From Bugula neritina (taxonomy: Eukaryota; Animalia; Bryozoa), in the NCBI GenBank assembly GCA_964035545.1, contig OZ037766.1, positions 15,552,722 through 15,616,721 of the forward strand: DNA of 64,000 bases, read 5' to 3'. Below the pieces are notes generated by a model. The model made no database searches and was not told where the DNA came from. It saw only the letters and a list, made by a program, of their open reading frames with translations. Positions 52,073 through 64,000 of the stretch are shown here, in pieces (the first letter of the stretch is position 1; each line of letters opens with the position of its first letter). The translations under genes and the position numbers were made by a program.

Positions 52073-52915
52073 ATATAATAGAAATTATATGATATCTACA
52101 CTTGTAATATCAACATATAAAATGGCAATATATAAAATATCAATTATACAACAGCAACCTGTATAATAGTAAAACGTGTAACAAAAACATATTCCATAAC
52201 TACATGTTACATAATAACAAAATATATAACATAAAACTTTATAATAGCCATAAACCCGTAGTCTTTAAATATAAGAAGAACCAACTAGTTTTGGTACCAA
52301 AACATCCTTCTACCAGCCTAAAAGGACTATAATTATTGAAGCAGGAAAGTTGAAAATATGTAACACATGAACAAAATATTACAAGCAAAACATGATGAAT
52401 AATTTTAAAGTAATGGAACTCAAAATAAATGCTGACAGAAATGGAGCAACTCCACTGGTACTTGAGTAATGTGCCCACACAACTGATTGCAACTTATTGC
52501 AACACAACCATATATTTTAGGTTCCTGGTTTGGATAGACAACATAGCTTGAACTTTGACACTTATTTTGGTATATAAGTTTGCTGAGTGGACTATTGAGG
52601 TTATTCCAAACCAACAAGTCTGTAAAAACCTTCTACCAACAAAAAATCTAATGTAAGTATAAATAGAATATTCTCTGATTATGAATTAGGTTGAAACTAT
52701 CACTATATATACACTGCTATAAATACAGGGTAATTTAGGTGCAAAGTTTTGAACGACAATATTATATTTAGTTTCATTCAATTAAAAAGAATCAGCTAAA
52801 TATTTCTAGATTAAACTTGTCTTGTTGAAGCTAAATTTTAATAGATTTTGTGCATTCAAAATAAAATTTGTATTATTGTCACAAAATGGTGATATTATTT
52901 TAGAATTTAATCAAC

Positions 52916-54402
52916 ATGATGCAAACTAAAGTCAGCGCTATATTTTCATTGGTGACAATAGCTGTGGTTTCAGCCAGCTATATTGGACCTCATCCAACAA
53001 CTACTACTCAACCACCCTACCAACCAACAACACCTGGGCATATTGTTGGTGAGTTACATTTTATGTTATATTTGATTCAAAAATTTTAATTTCATTATTT
53101 TAGCTTTAACCTGATGAATATTTTTTTAACAACTGTTTTAAGTTGAAAATTAAATGAAAACTTAGAGTTCAGAAGTAAAAGGTAAGATACTCTATTGTGC
53201 TAGGCCTAATGTCAAATGAATCTCAGCCAGTTCATGGTATGTCACTAATATAGATTATGTTTATAATTACTTTCGGGCCAATAATTCACCAAGTTAAATT
53301 CTTCTAGTCAGTGTTTGAAGAGGCAAAGCCCTCTATAATAATTATTGCACGAGTTTCTCTGAACATTGTTATAGTAAAAAAAAGTTGGCGATGTGATTTG
53401 TAAAAATATGTCTAACCTTGTGTGCAGTTCTTGCAAAACAAAAAGTATCATGACTCATATGTTTAAAGAAAAAAGCATTTGACAACTTTTTAATAATGTG
53501 GTGATTATTGATATTGAAAAATAATCTAATATTGCTTGATAACTATGAATTAGTTACGCAACAGTAAAATAAACCAAGCATCAATCCCTGTATTTATCCA
53601 TTGTGAGTACACAGCGCAACAACTCTAAACATAATATAAAACCTTATATTAGGCCTATTGACTTTTTGTTACAGCTGAAAGTTCACTAATTAGTTCCTTT
53701 GAAACAAATGCATTGTCATTTGATATTTTTCTATTTCAGTTGATGAGTGCACCTGCTTTGAGAAGGGTAACTACTACTCCCCAGTATCAAGTGATGATTG
53801 TAGAAGTTTCACTCAGAGAACTGCTTTCCTCCCAGCTGAAACTCTAAAATGTCCATATGGTCTACAGTTTGATGTGAAAACTTGTGTCTGTAATTTTCCT
53901 ACGGACACTGTCTGTCCACAATACTGCCCTGCACCTTATACCCTAACCCCTAACCCTGGACGTAAGTATACATGGTAATTATATATCAGCATTTTTTATT
54001 CTACGCTACAATAATAATTAGAGAAACGCCAAATCAATCTTTTATGGCTTGGTTGACCTGCTATATAAAATAATCTTGTAAAATTAAAATAACATATAAT
54101 AATTTGAAGGGAATTTAGTTTGAAATAGTAGATAATATATCTTATCTCATACAAAAGTGAATTAGCATTCTAAACATTGTGCTTAATTCAACAACATGTT
54201 CCACACAATATTTTGTATATTTACAGCAAGCTGCACAGAGAACGGTAACACATACAGACAAGTACCTGGTACACACTGTCAGAAATTTACTCAAGAGACA
54301 GCTACTCTTCCTTCACAAGTTCACTCTTGTCCTTATGGACTCAAGTTTGATTTAGACACATGCGTCTGCAACTTCCCAGCCCTCACAACTTGCACTGTAT
54401 AA
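52916..54402 (+). CDS. Secreted peritrophin-like protein, copy 4 (divergent flanks and first intron)
   Basis: Exons 52916-53048, 53740-53961, 54227-54402; frame intact. Confidence 0.9.
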
Positions 54403-57400
54403 ACTCAATGTAATAACATATTGTCAATTCTATTTGCACAATTTTTAGAATTGCAAAAATCTTCGTTCAATCACTCAACTGCCATTTTACTCACTATATT
54501 ATTATCTTTTTCTGAAAAAGTTTTTATTTCTCAATCTCAACAAGCAATAAAGTTATATAAACACGCAGCCATTAAGGGTTTGACAGAAGCTCTTTAGAAA
54601 ATTATCTATATGTAAACTTAGTGTAGTATAATCTGCACTATACTTATAGCATTAAAATAAGAAATATTGATATGTAGAACTATCTGGGTTATGGAATATA
54701 TTTCCGCATGATGATATACAGTGTGATTATGAATTCATGAGGTGCCAGAGCGCAGGTATTATAGGGAGCATTATTTGGGCAAAAAATATATTATTACATA
54801 ACTAAATCTTACATCACTATCACAAATATAACAAGCATAACGTACGTTGAAACCTCTTACTTATTATTTATAGATTAATACACAGTTATAGGAAAAACCT
54901 TGTAATGTAAAACGCTTCAACTCAAGCTTAGCATATAAGATAACTTGCTAATTTTTGCAAAGGTAATAATGCAAACCACTTTGATTGAAATATTTGCCAT
55001 TTACAGTTATCTGACTTATATTGTAAATGTATATTTCTGAAACTGTGCAGTTCATCACTAAGCGCTATCTGTAATTATTTATAGTCTCTGCAGTAATCAG
55101 CCTTATGGAGTGGAGCCTAGCTATTACAAAGTTCATATGTCAACATCAAATCTTTAAAATGATAAACAATTTGGTCACTAAATCTATTTTTGTCTGTTTC
55201 ATGACACCTCAATCATTCACTAATTTGAATTTTTTTAAATCATATAATATAATAACAATTCTAGAGCAAATAACAGTCTGTAGTAGCTTTATATATTTGA
55301 ACATTTGAGGCAGCTCATGAAATTACCATACAATATGAACTAATACCCTGAAGCAAATGTCTTATGTGCAAAGTATGAACAGCAGTCAACTACGAATTTC
55401 CTTATTATAAAAACCACAACTTCATCACATAATTATTATATCAGTATAAAAAACAATTATTTATTTCTTTTTTATGCATAAAAATATTTGATATAAAAAG
55501 CATGAAAATGTTGAATATACCAAGCAGTAAACAAACTCTACTAAAATGATGACAATTACATGTATTTATATATTATTGCATAGGTTGAGAGTATTTTGCA
55601 TTCGTATAAATTTAAAATTTATGTTGTCAAACAGCTACAGTTTAAATTTATATATAGTTATTCAATGAAGCCAATTATAAGCAGCGTGCAGTGTTGGGAT
55701 ATTTTTTCAAATATTTAGAATTATAATTGATATAGCACATGAGCATCAACCAAAGTTGTGTATTTGACATATACATGTTTTCAGCATATGTCTGAGTAGT
55801 TATTTGCTAAACAAAACATTGAGCTGTAACTCTGTAAGAGTTTGCAATGCAACTATTATTTTTACAATTATGAGACTTCAAAGATAAAATCCCTTGTGGA
55901 CAAGGACACATTCTTTAGCAAAAGGTTACTGACAAGCAATGCTTTTATTTACGTAATTCCTCATCATTATAAAAAAACACAGGCCTAGTGATATCATAGA
56001 ATGCGAAATTATAAAAACACTTACAATTTGCAGCTTGCCAAAGGTGAGAAGCAATAACTGTAATCTGACGTGATATGGGTGACTCAAACTCAAACTTGAA
56101 ATCTAACATTAGCTTTTATCTGTTGCATTATACATTATACTATAATATTACCAATAACTGCAAATACAGCAATACCTGTCATGATCTCTGCTCTAGGAAT
56201 CATGACAGTCTTATTTCTAAATGACCATTAAACCATTGTATGAAACACATAATGTATCTATGAATTTGGTGTCTTCAAAACAGATTAATTGGGAAACAAG
56301 TCATAGAATGGGTGGGTGCTTTTAAAGTAGTGTACATCAGGTTTTAAAATGAATAAATTTGCGTGTTATAGTTTGAAAATTTCAATTTCAATTTTTTTCA
56401 ATTTTCAATATACGTATAGAATTATATTCAGTCATGTAATTATTACATATTATTATGCAATAAAATTATCTCGTAATTTGGGCTTCTCTGTGCCAAATTA
56501 ATATTAGAAATAGATCAAATTGTTATGTAGTTTTAAGAAAAAAAACTGTAGGTTCTAACTCATTCTATATGGCACAAAATTATAAGTATATATGTATACT
56601 GAATTAATATTATAGTTTGAATCAATAACCATAACATATAAAACTAAAACATATCATGAGCTCTAATAATATTTACTGCTAATTTATAAAATTATGTTAC
56701 GCAATTTAAACTACAGTAGTTGATGAAACATTTTTTAGAGGAATGTGCAAACTAAGTAACAAAAGTAAGTCAATACATCGAAGGTATGTATACATTAGGT
56801 GTTAAGTGCATCTGAGCTTATGCACTGCTGAATAAAAAAATATATAAATAAAATACTGTATTAGAAGAAGTGAGCAGTTTCCATAGAGAGGAGGTTTAGG
56901 CAGAAGTCTGTATACATAAAATGAACTGCATAGGCTGTTGCTTTGCTTATTTGATATGTTTAGTACGTAATCACTTTCATCATGAGGATGAGAGTTGATA
57001 AAAATATCTCATTGACATCAATTGAAACATGAAAAATAACAGTAGAATATAATGATTGTGACCTCTCTAATCATCATGGACTATAGTGGTATATGACACA
57101 CATGCAGACTAACAAACTTTACTTCATTTTGTTGCATATTATGTAGTACTATATGTTGTAACACCATGCACCACATTATCATTGTTTCTGTAAATAGTAA
57201 ACCATTTGAACAATAATCAGTTGGCATAGTACAATAATAAATTAAATAAAAGGTTCACCACGATGTAGTGGTTTCTGTAAAAAAATATTTTCTGCACATG
57301 ATTTTTTCAATAGTTACCAAATAGCTTTTTGAGTTAAAAGAATTTTGAAACTTGGATTATTAACTCTTTAACTTTTGCTACACGGTTAACAATTTTATAT

Positions 57401-58229
57401 TGCTCATTCAGCAAATATTTAGGTAGTATCGATTTTCATAAAGTATGTTGTGGTTTAGATTGATGAAGAATTGCAAAGCAAAATATGTGTCTTTATCTAT
57501 ATGCATTATAGTAGACAAAACTTAAAGCAGATGCTGTACACAGATTGAGTTATATATTATATAGATATATATTTCTATTTGAAATTAATATTCATAACAA
57601 AATTAGCAATTAGTGCATGCCTACACAATTATTAATACAACCCCATTCCTCACATCATTCACATAAATTTTTTATCAAGACAGCGTGTCAATCAAATGAA
57701 ACCGCCATTGTGCATATGAACATCCGGTACAGATCTATTCGAAGCATAGGAATGCAGTAATTGAAAGATGACCAACTCATTTAATTTCTATACCAATTAT
57801 CAATTATCAGTTATCAATTCACAATTATCAATTATACGCATTAACCAAAAAGTTTACCAAAAAGCTTAAATCGTAATTGTAAACTGATACAGAAAAGCTT
57901 GTTCACAAAACTTTAAAATGTGTAGACCCTGTGAAATATGAATATAGAGAAACAATATATTTTTTGTTATTATTTTCAACTAGTCTCTATGAATGTTGAA
58001 ACTGGTAATCAACAAGACCAAACTTATAGCCTACAATATGCCCTTATCAGCCAAAACAAACAGGCGATGATGTCAATTATGTGAAGATATAAAACATTGC
58101 AGGCCCAATGTTCTGCTTACAACATGATGAGTATATATGCAGTAATAAACAAGTTTATGGTTATTTTATCTCTTAGCACCGAGTGACAGAAACTGGGACA
58201 AAATATATTAGCTGAGTTACAATTTTGGC

Positions 58230-58563
<334 letters not shown>

Positions 58564-59572
58564 CCTATATTATATTTATATTTATAAAAGCAATTATATA
58601 CAAAGTCTACATTTGCAATATCAACATATAACATGACAATACATGAAATATCAATTCTGCAATTGCAACCTATATAATAGCAAAACCTGTAATCAAAACA
58701 TATACAATTTAACCACATATTATATTGTAACAAAATACATAACAGAAACTTTATAATATCACTTTAAATCTATAGTTTTGTTATAGTAGTAATGTAGAGC
58801 TCATAGCATATAAAACTCCTGAAGTGTTTAGATTTAAATACATTAAATTATTTTTTATCAAAATTAAATAAAATTTGGGTTTCTGTATAAAGATAAAAAG
58901 AACTCATTTTTTTAGGAAGCAAACCATCCTTCTACCAGCCAAAATAAAATCTCTTGCAAAACTTCTAACTATAATTATTGCAACAGGAAGGTTGAAAACA
59001 TGTATCACATAAACAAGTGACAAACAAAACATGATGAATAATTTTAAATTAACAGAACTCAAAGTACATATCCTGACAGAAATGGTGCAACTCTGCTGGT
59101 ACTTGTGTAATGTGCACACTACGTAACTTATATTATTGCAACCTGAAGCAATACAATCATGCATATGTTGTTGGTTCCTTGTTGTGGTAAACTTAACATA
59201 GCTTGAACTTTGACATTTCTTTTGGTATATAAGTCAGCTGAGTTGTCTATTGAGGTTATTCCAAACCAACAAGTCTGTAAAAACCTTCTACCAAGAATAA
59301 ACTTAATGTAAGTATATAAACTTCTCTCATTATATAAAGTTGTTACTATCATCATATTATACAGCTATAAATACAGACTGTTTTATATAGGTGTAAAACT
59401 TTGAAAAGTATTATTATATTTATTTTGGTGCAATCAAAGGCGCAATCTAACTATTTTTAAAGCAAACATATCTTTTTAAAACTGAGTTTCAATACCCTTT
59501 GTGCATTCAAGGAAAAATATTATGTTTTATTCTCACAAAATGGTGATATTATTTTAGAATTCAATCAACAAG

Positions 59573-61020
59573 ATGCAAACTAAGGCCAGTTCCATCTTCT
59601 CATTGGTGACAATAGCTGTGGTTTCTGCCAGCTATATTGCTCATAATCCAACAACTACAACTCAAAAACCCTACCAACCAACTACACCTGGGCATATTGT
59701 TGGTGAGTTACATTTTACTTTACATTTGATTAAAAAGTTATATTTTATTATTGTAGCAGTTAAACCTGCCAAATATTTTTCCAACAGCTGTTTTAATTTG
59801 AAAATTTAAGCAAAAATATAATTAGGGTTCAGTAATAAGACATGGTATATGTATAATATAAAATTTAGGGTTCAGAAGTAAAAGGTATATGATAGTATAC
59901 TGTGCTAGAATTTTTCATTGAATCCCAGCAATTTCACAATAATTATGTTACAAAACTAGATATCTTAAGATTTGTTTTGTGTCAATAATCCATCAAGTTG
60001 TGCATATATTTGCCAGCATATAGCAAAAAGCAAACTCTCTAACCATTGCTTGAATGTCTCAAGGATATTGATAATAAAGTTTAGCAGTACCCCACTAATA
60101 AATTTTAGTGGTGAATTATACATGTGCAACATATCATGTACAATTCTTGCAAAACAATAGTTGTATGTGCCTTTATTTATCTATAGGAAATATATTTGTT
60201 GAACTTCTAATAATAATATATCAGACATTGCTGTCAATATATTGAAAAATATTTGTATAGTAAATATTTATTTATTATGGGCAACAACTGAGTATTTACA
60301 TTTCATGGCATTGTGAAATTTATTAATTGTCTATTTCAAAACAAATGCATTGCCATTTTATGTTTGTAACTTTAGTTGATGACTGCACCTGCTTTGAGAA
60401 GGGTAACTACTACTCCCCAGTATCAAGTGATGATTGTAGGAGTTTCACTCAGAGAACTGCTTTCCTCCCAGCTGAAACTCTAAAGTGTCCATATGGTCTA
60501 CAGTTTGATGTGAAAACCTGTGTCTGTAATTTTCCTACGAATACTGTCTGTCCACAATACTGCCCTGCACCTTATACCCCAACTCCTAACCCTGGACGTA
60601 AGTATACATGGAAATTATATATCAGCATTTCTTATTCTAAGCTATTATAATAATTAGAGAAAAACGAAATCAATCTTATATAGTTTGGTTGACCTGCTAT
60701 ATGAAATAATCTTGCAGAATTAAAATAACATATAATAATCTGCAGGGAAATTATTTTGAATTAGTAAAAACAGTATTTGGTCTCATACAAAAGTGAAAGT
60801 TGGCATTTTGAAATTTGAGCACAAAATATTTTGTATATTTACAGCAAGCTGCACAGAGAACGGTAACACATACAGACAAGTACCTGGTACACACTGTCAG
60901 AAATTTACTCAAGAGACAGCTACTCTTCCTCCACAAGTTCACTCCTGTCCTTATAGACTCAAGTTTGATTTAGACACATGCGTCTGCAACTTCCCAGCCC
61001 TCACAACTTGCACTGTATAA
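59573..61020 (+). CDS. Secreted peritrophin-like protein, copy 5 (175 aa)
   Basis: Exons 59573-59702, 60376-60597, 60845-61020. The first ATG is mutated to AAG; the second is retained. Confidence 0.9.
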
Positions 61021-63064
61021 ACTCAATGTAATAACATATTGTCAATTCTATTTGCACAATTTTTAGAATTGCAAAAATCTTCGTTCAATCACTCAACTGC
61101 CATTTTAATCACTATATTATTATCTGTTTCTGAAAAAGTTTTTATTTCTCAATCTCAACAAGCAATAAAGTTATATAAACACGCAGCCATTAAGGGTTTG
61201 ACAGAAGCTCTTTAGAAAATTATCTATATGTAAACTTAGTGTAGTATAATCTGCACTATACTTATACCATTAAAATAAGAAATGTTGATATGTAGAACTA
61301 TCTGGGTTATGGAATATATTTCCGCATGATGATATACAGTGTGATTATGAATTCATGAGGTGCCAGAGCGCAGGTATTATAGGGAGCATTATTTGGGCAA
61401 AAAATATATTATTACATAACTAAATCTTACATCACTATCACAAATATAACTTATATGCCATCACTGATCCCTGAAGTAAATATTTTGTGCAAAGTATGAA
61501 CGTCAAAAGAAGCAAAAATCAACAACAAGATTAAATTTGTTGAATATGAGAACACGCCAAAACCATGCTTTCTTTCCTACAACATAAAAATGCAAATTTG
61601 TTACAAAATTATTATATAACACTAATCAACAACCTATCTTTTGTTGTTTTTACAGATGAAATAATAAATTAATAAAAATATTTACCATACAATAAACGAT
61701 ATGATATGGCAAAAAGTTAAAAAGTAATGTAGTTAATTACAATTACAAATACTTTTGTTCTCATAAGGGATAAATAGGAGTTAGGGTTCCCATACCAGGG
61801 GCAATTTTGACAGTGCTGAGTTTCCTTTGTTCTCAGCAGTGATACTACATACTACATTAAATTAATCTGAACTTGCTAGTTAACAGTGGCATGGTAGAAA
61901 AAGTATGAAACTCTTAAGATTTAAAAAGTTTAAGTAATTGACATGTAATTATAAAGCAATTGCAAAAAATCAATTACATTAAATATGTAATTAACTACAA
62001 TTACAACTACAATTATACATTATCATACATCAATTACAAATTACAATTACCCCAACCCTGTTTATAAGCAGGATGACATAATTGAAATATTTTTCAAATT
62101 CTTAAAACTAGCTGTAAGATGGCATATGAGCATCAACCATGTTCGAGTATTTCCCACATGAGCTTCTTTCAAACATAATGTCTGATTAGTTATAGTAAAC
62201 TATAAACTTTATAGTAAACAAAGTTTTGAGCTTTAACCCTGTAAGAGTTTGCAATGCAATTATTATGTTTACTATTTGGAGACTTGAAAGATAAAATCCT
62301 TTGTGGACCAGGACACATTATTTAACAAGAGGTTACTGACATGCAATGTTAGCTATCTACGTAATTCCTTATCAGTATAAAAACATAAGTCTAGTGATGT
62401 CATAGAATGTGAAATAATAAAATCACTCACAATGAGAAGCATGCCAACAGGAAGCAATAACTGTAATAACATGATAAGTGGCACTCAAAATGATTGTAAC
62501 ATCAGTTGCTGTCACCTCTACTATACAATATATTATAATGTTAGTCATATCATGTCATGTGCATTTTATTTAGATATATAATTAGACAAATATCTGTCTA
62601 CATGCAATGAACTGGCTATTATTTTGTTTATTTGTTACGTTTACCATTTAGACAGTTTCATCATCAGGATAAGAACTGATTACTCTACCCCAGTGACATC
62701 AATTGAAACAATCCAGTCAAAATATTAGTGTCATGATATTGACCTGATCTCTAATCATCATGGACTGTTGGTATGACACACATGCATACTAATAAACTTT
62801 GCTTCAGTTTGCCACATGTAATAACATGTTGTAACACCAACACAACATTATTGCTCTTGTAAAATGTTGATTCTTTAAACACTCATCAGTTGGCAGAGGA
62901 TATGATCAGTTAAACACAATGCTTCAGCATGATGTAATAATATCTGTAAACAATATTTTATATTGAGAAAAATTATCTTCTGCAAGTTTTAATACAATTA
63001 CTAATTTAACTTCAAAATCTTATATTGCATATTTAGCAAATATCTAATTAATATCAAGTGTATT

Positions 63065-63264
<200 letters not shown>

Positions 63265-63269
63265 GAAAT

Positions 63270-64000
63270 TATATGCTATCTACACTTGCAATATCAACAT
63301 ATAAAATGGCAATATATGAAATATCAATTATACAACAGTAATCTGTATAATAGCAAAACGTGTAACAAAAACATATTCCATAACTACATATTATAACATA
63401 GTATAACCAAATATATAACAGACACCTTATAATAGCTATAGCCCTGCAGTCTTTAAATATAAAAAGAACCAACTAGTTTTGGTACCAAAACATCCTTCTA
63501 CCAGCCTAAACGAATCTCTTGCTAAATTGACTATAGTTTTTGGAGCAGGAATTAAGTTGAAAATATGTAACACATAAACAAATTACAATCAAAACATGAT
63601 GAATAATTTTAAAGCAATGGAACTCAAAATAAATGCTGACAGAAATGGAGCAACTCTGTTGGTACTTGAGTAATGTGCCCACACAACTGATTACAAATTA
63701 TTGCAACACAACCATATGTCGTTGGTTCCTGGTTTTGATAGACAACATAGCTTGAACTTTGACACTTATTCTGGTATATAAGTTAGCTGAGTGGACTATT
63801 GAGGTTATTCCAAACCAACAAGTCTGCAAAAACCTTCTACCAACAAAAAATCTAATGTAAGTACATATAGAATATTCTCACATTATGAATTAAGTTGAAA
63901 CTATCACTATATATACTCTGCTATAAATACAGGGTATTTTAAGTGCAAAGTTCCGTGCAATTAAAAAGAATCAGCTAAATATTTCTAGATTAAACTTGTC
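63270..64000 (+). promoter_or_regulatory. Upstream region of a presumed sixth array copy (copy-4 type)
   Basis: Colinear with 52085-52820, with TATA at 63922. The CDS would begin just past the window end. Confidence 0.75.

Noticed and set aside
53941-53957. CCCTAACCCCTAACCCT telomere-like repeat in copy 4
   Set aside because: Arises from two point changes in Pro/Thr/Asn codons of an in-frame exon.
62651-62670. Minus-strand CTGATGA-T-GAAAC-TGTC resembling a hammerhead core
   Set aside because: No stem II and no stem I pairing; the paralogous site near 51545 lacks the motif.

Overview
AT-rich invertebrate (probably lophotrochozoan) nuclear DNA with spliced genes. From left to right: the 3' part of an internally deleted Ty3/Gypsy LTR retrotransposon (protease, integrase Zn-finger relic, an extra zinc-finger/coiled-coil ORF, PPT, 3' LTR; 1-3919); a six-exon CCDC89-like gene; a 5-HT7-like GPCR; a convergent eight-exon gene joining a PRDM10/15-type PR/SET domain to a PLAG-type seven-zinc-finger array; a decayed Penelope-like GIY-YIG element; a pseudogenised chitin-binding exon; and a tandem array (about 33.8-64 kb) of five complete genes plus a sixth promoter encoding ~176-aa secreted proteins with two variant CBM14/peritrophin-A domains, with a Tc1 insertion and signs of unequal crossover and conversion. 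The most striking signal is non-coding: a 363-bp insert between two (TA)n tracts (33166-33528) carrying two type I hammerhead ribozyme motifs on the minus strand, 272 nt apart, around a hairpin-rich monomer. This is the layout of a non-LTR retrozyme (circRNA-producing element), and it lies 2 kb from a Penelope-like relic that appears to carry its own decayed hammerhead. All exon structures and family assignments were read by eye from remembered family motifs; no searches were run.
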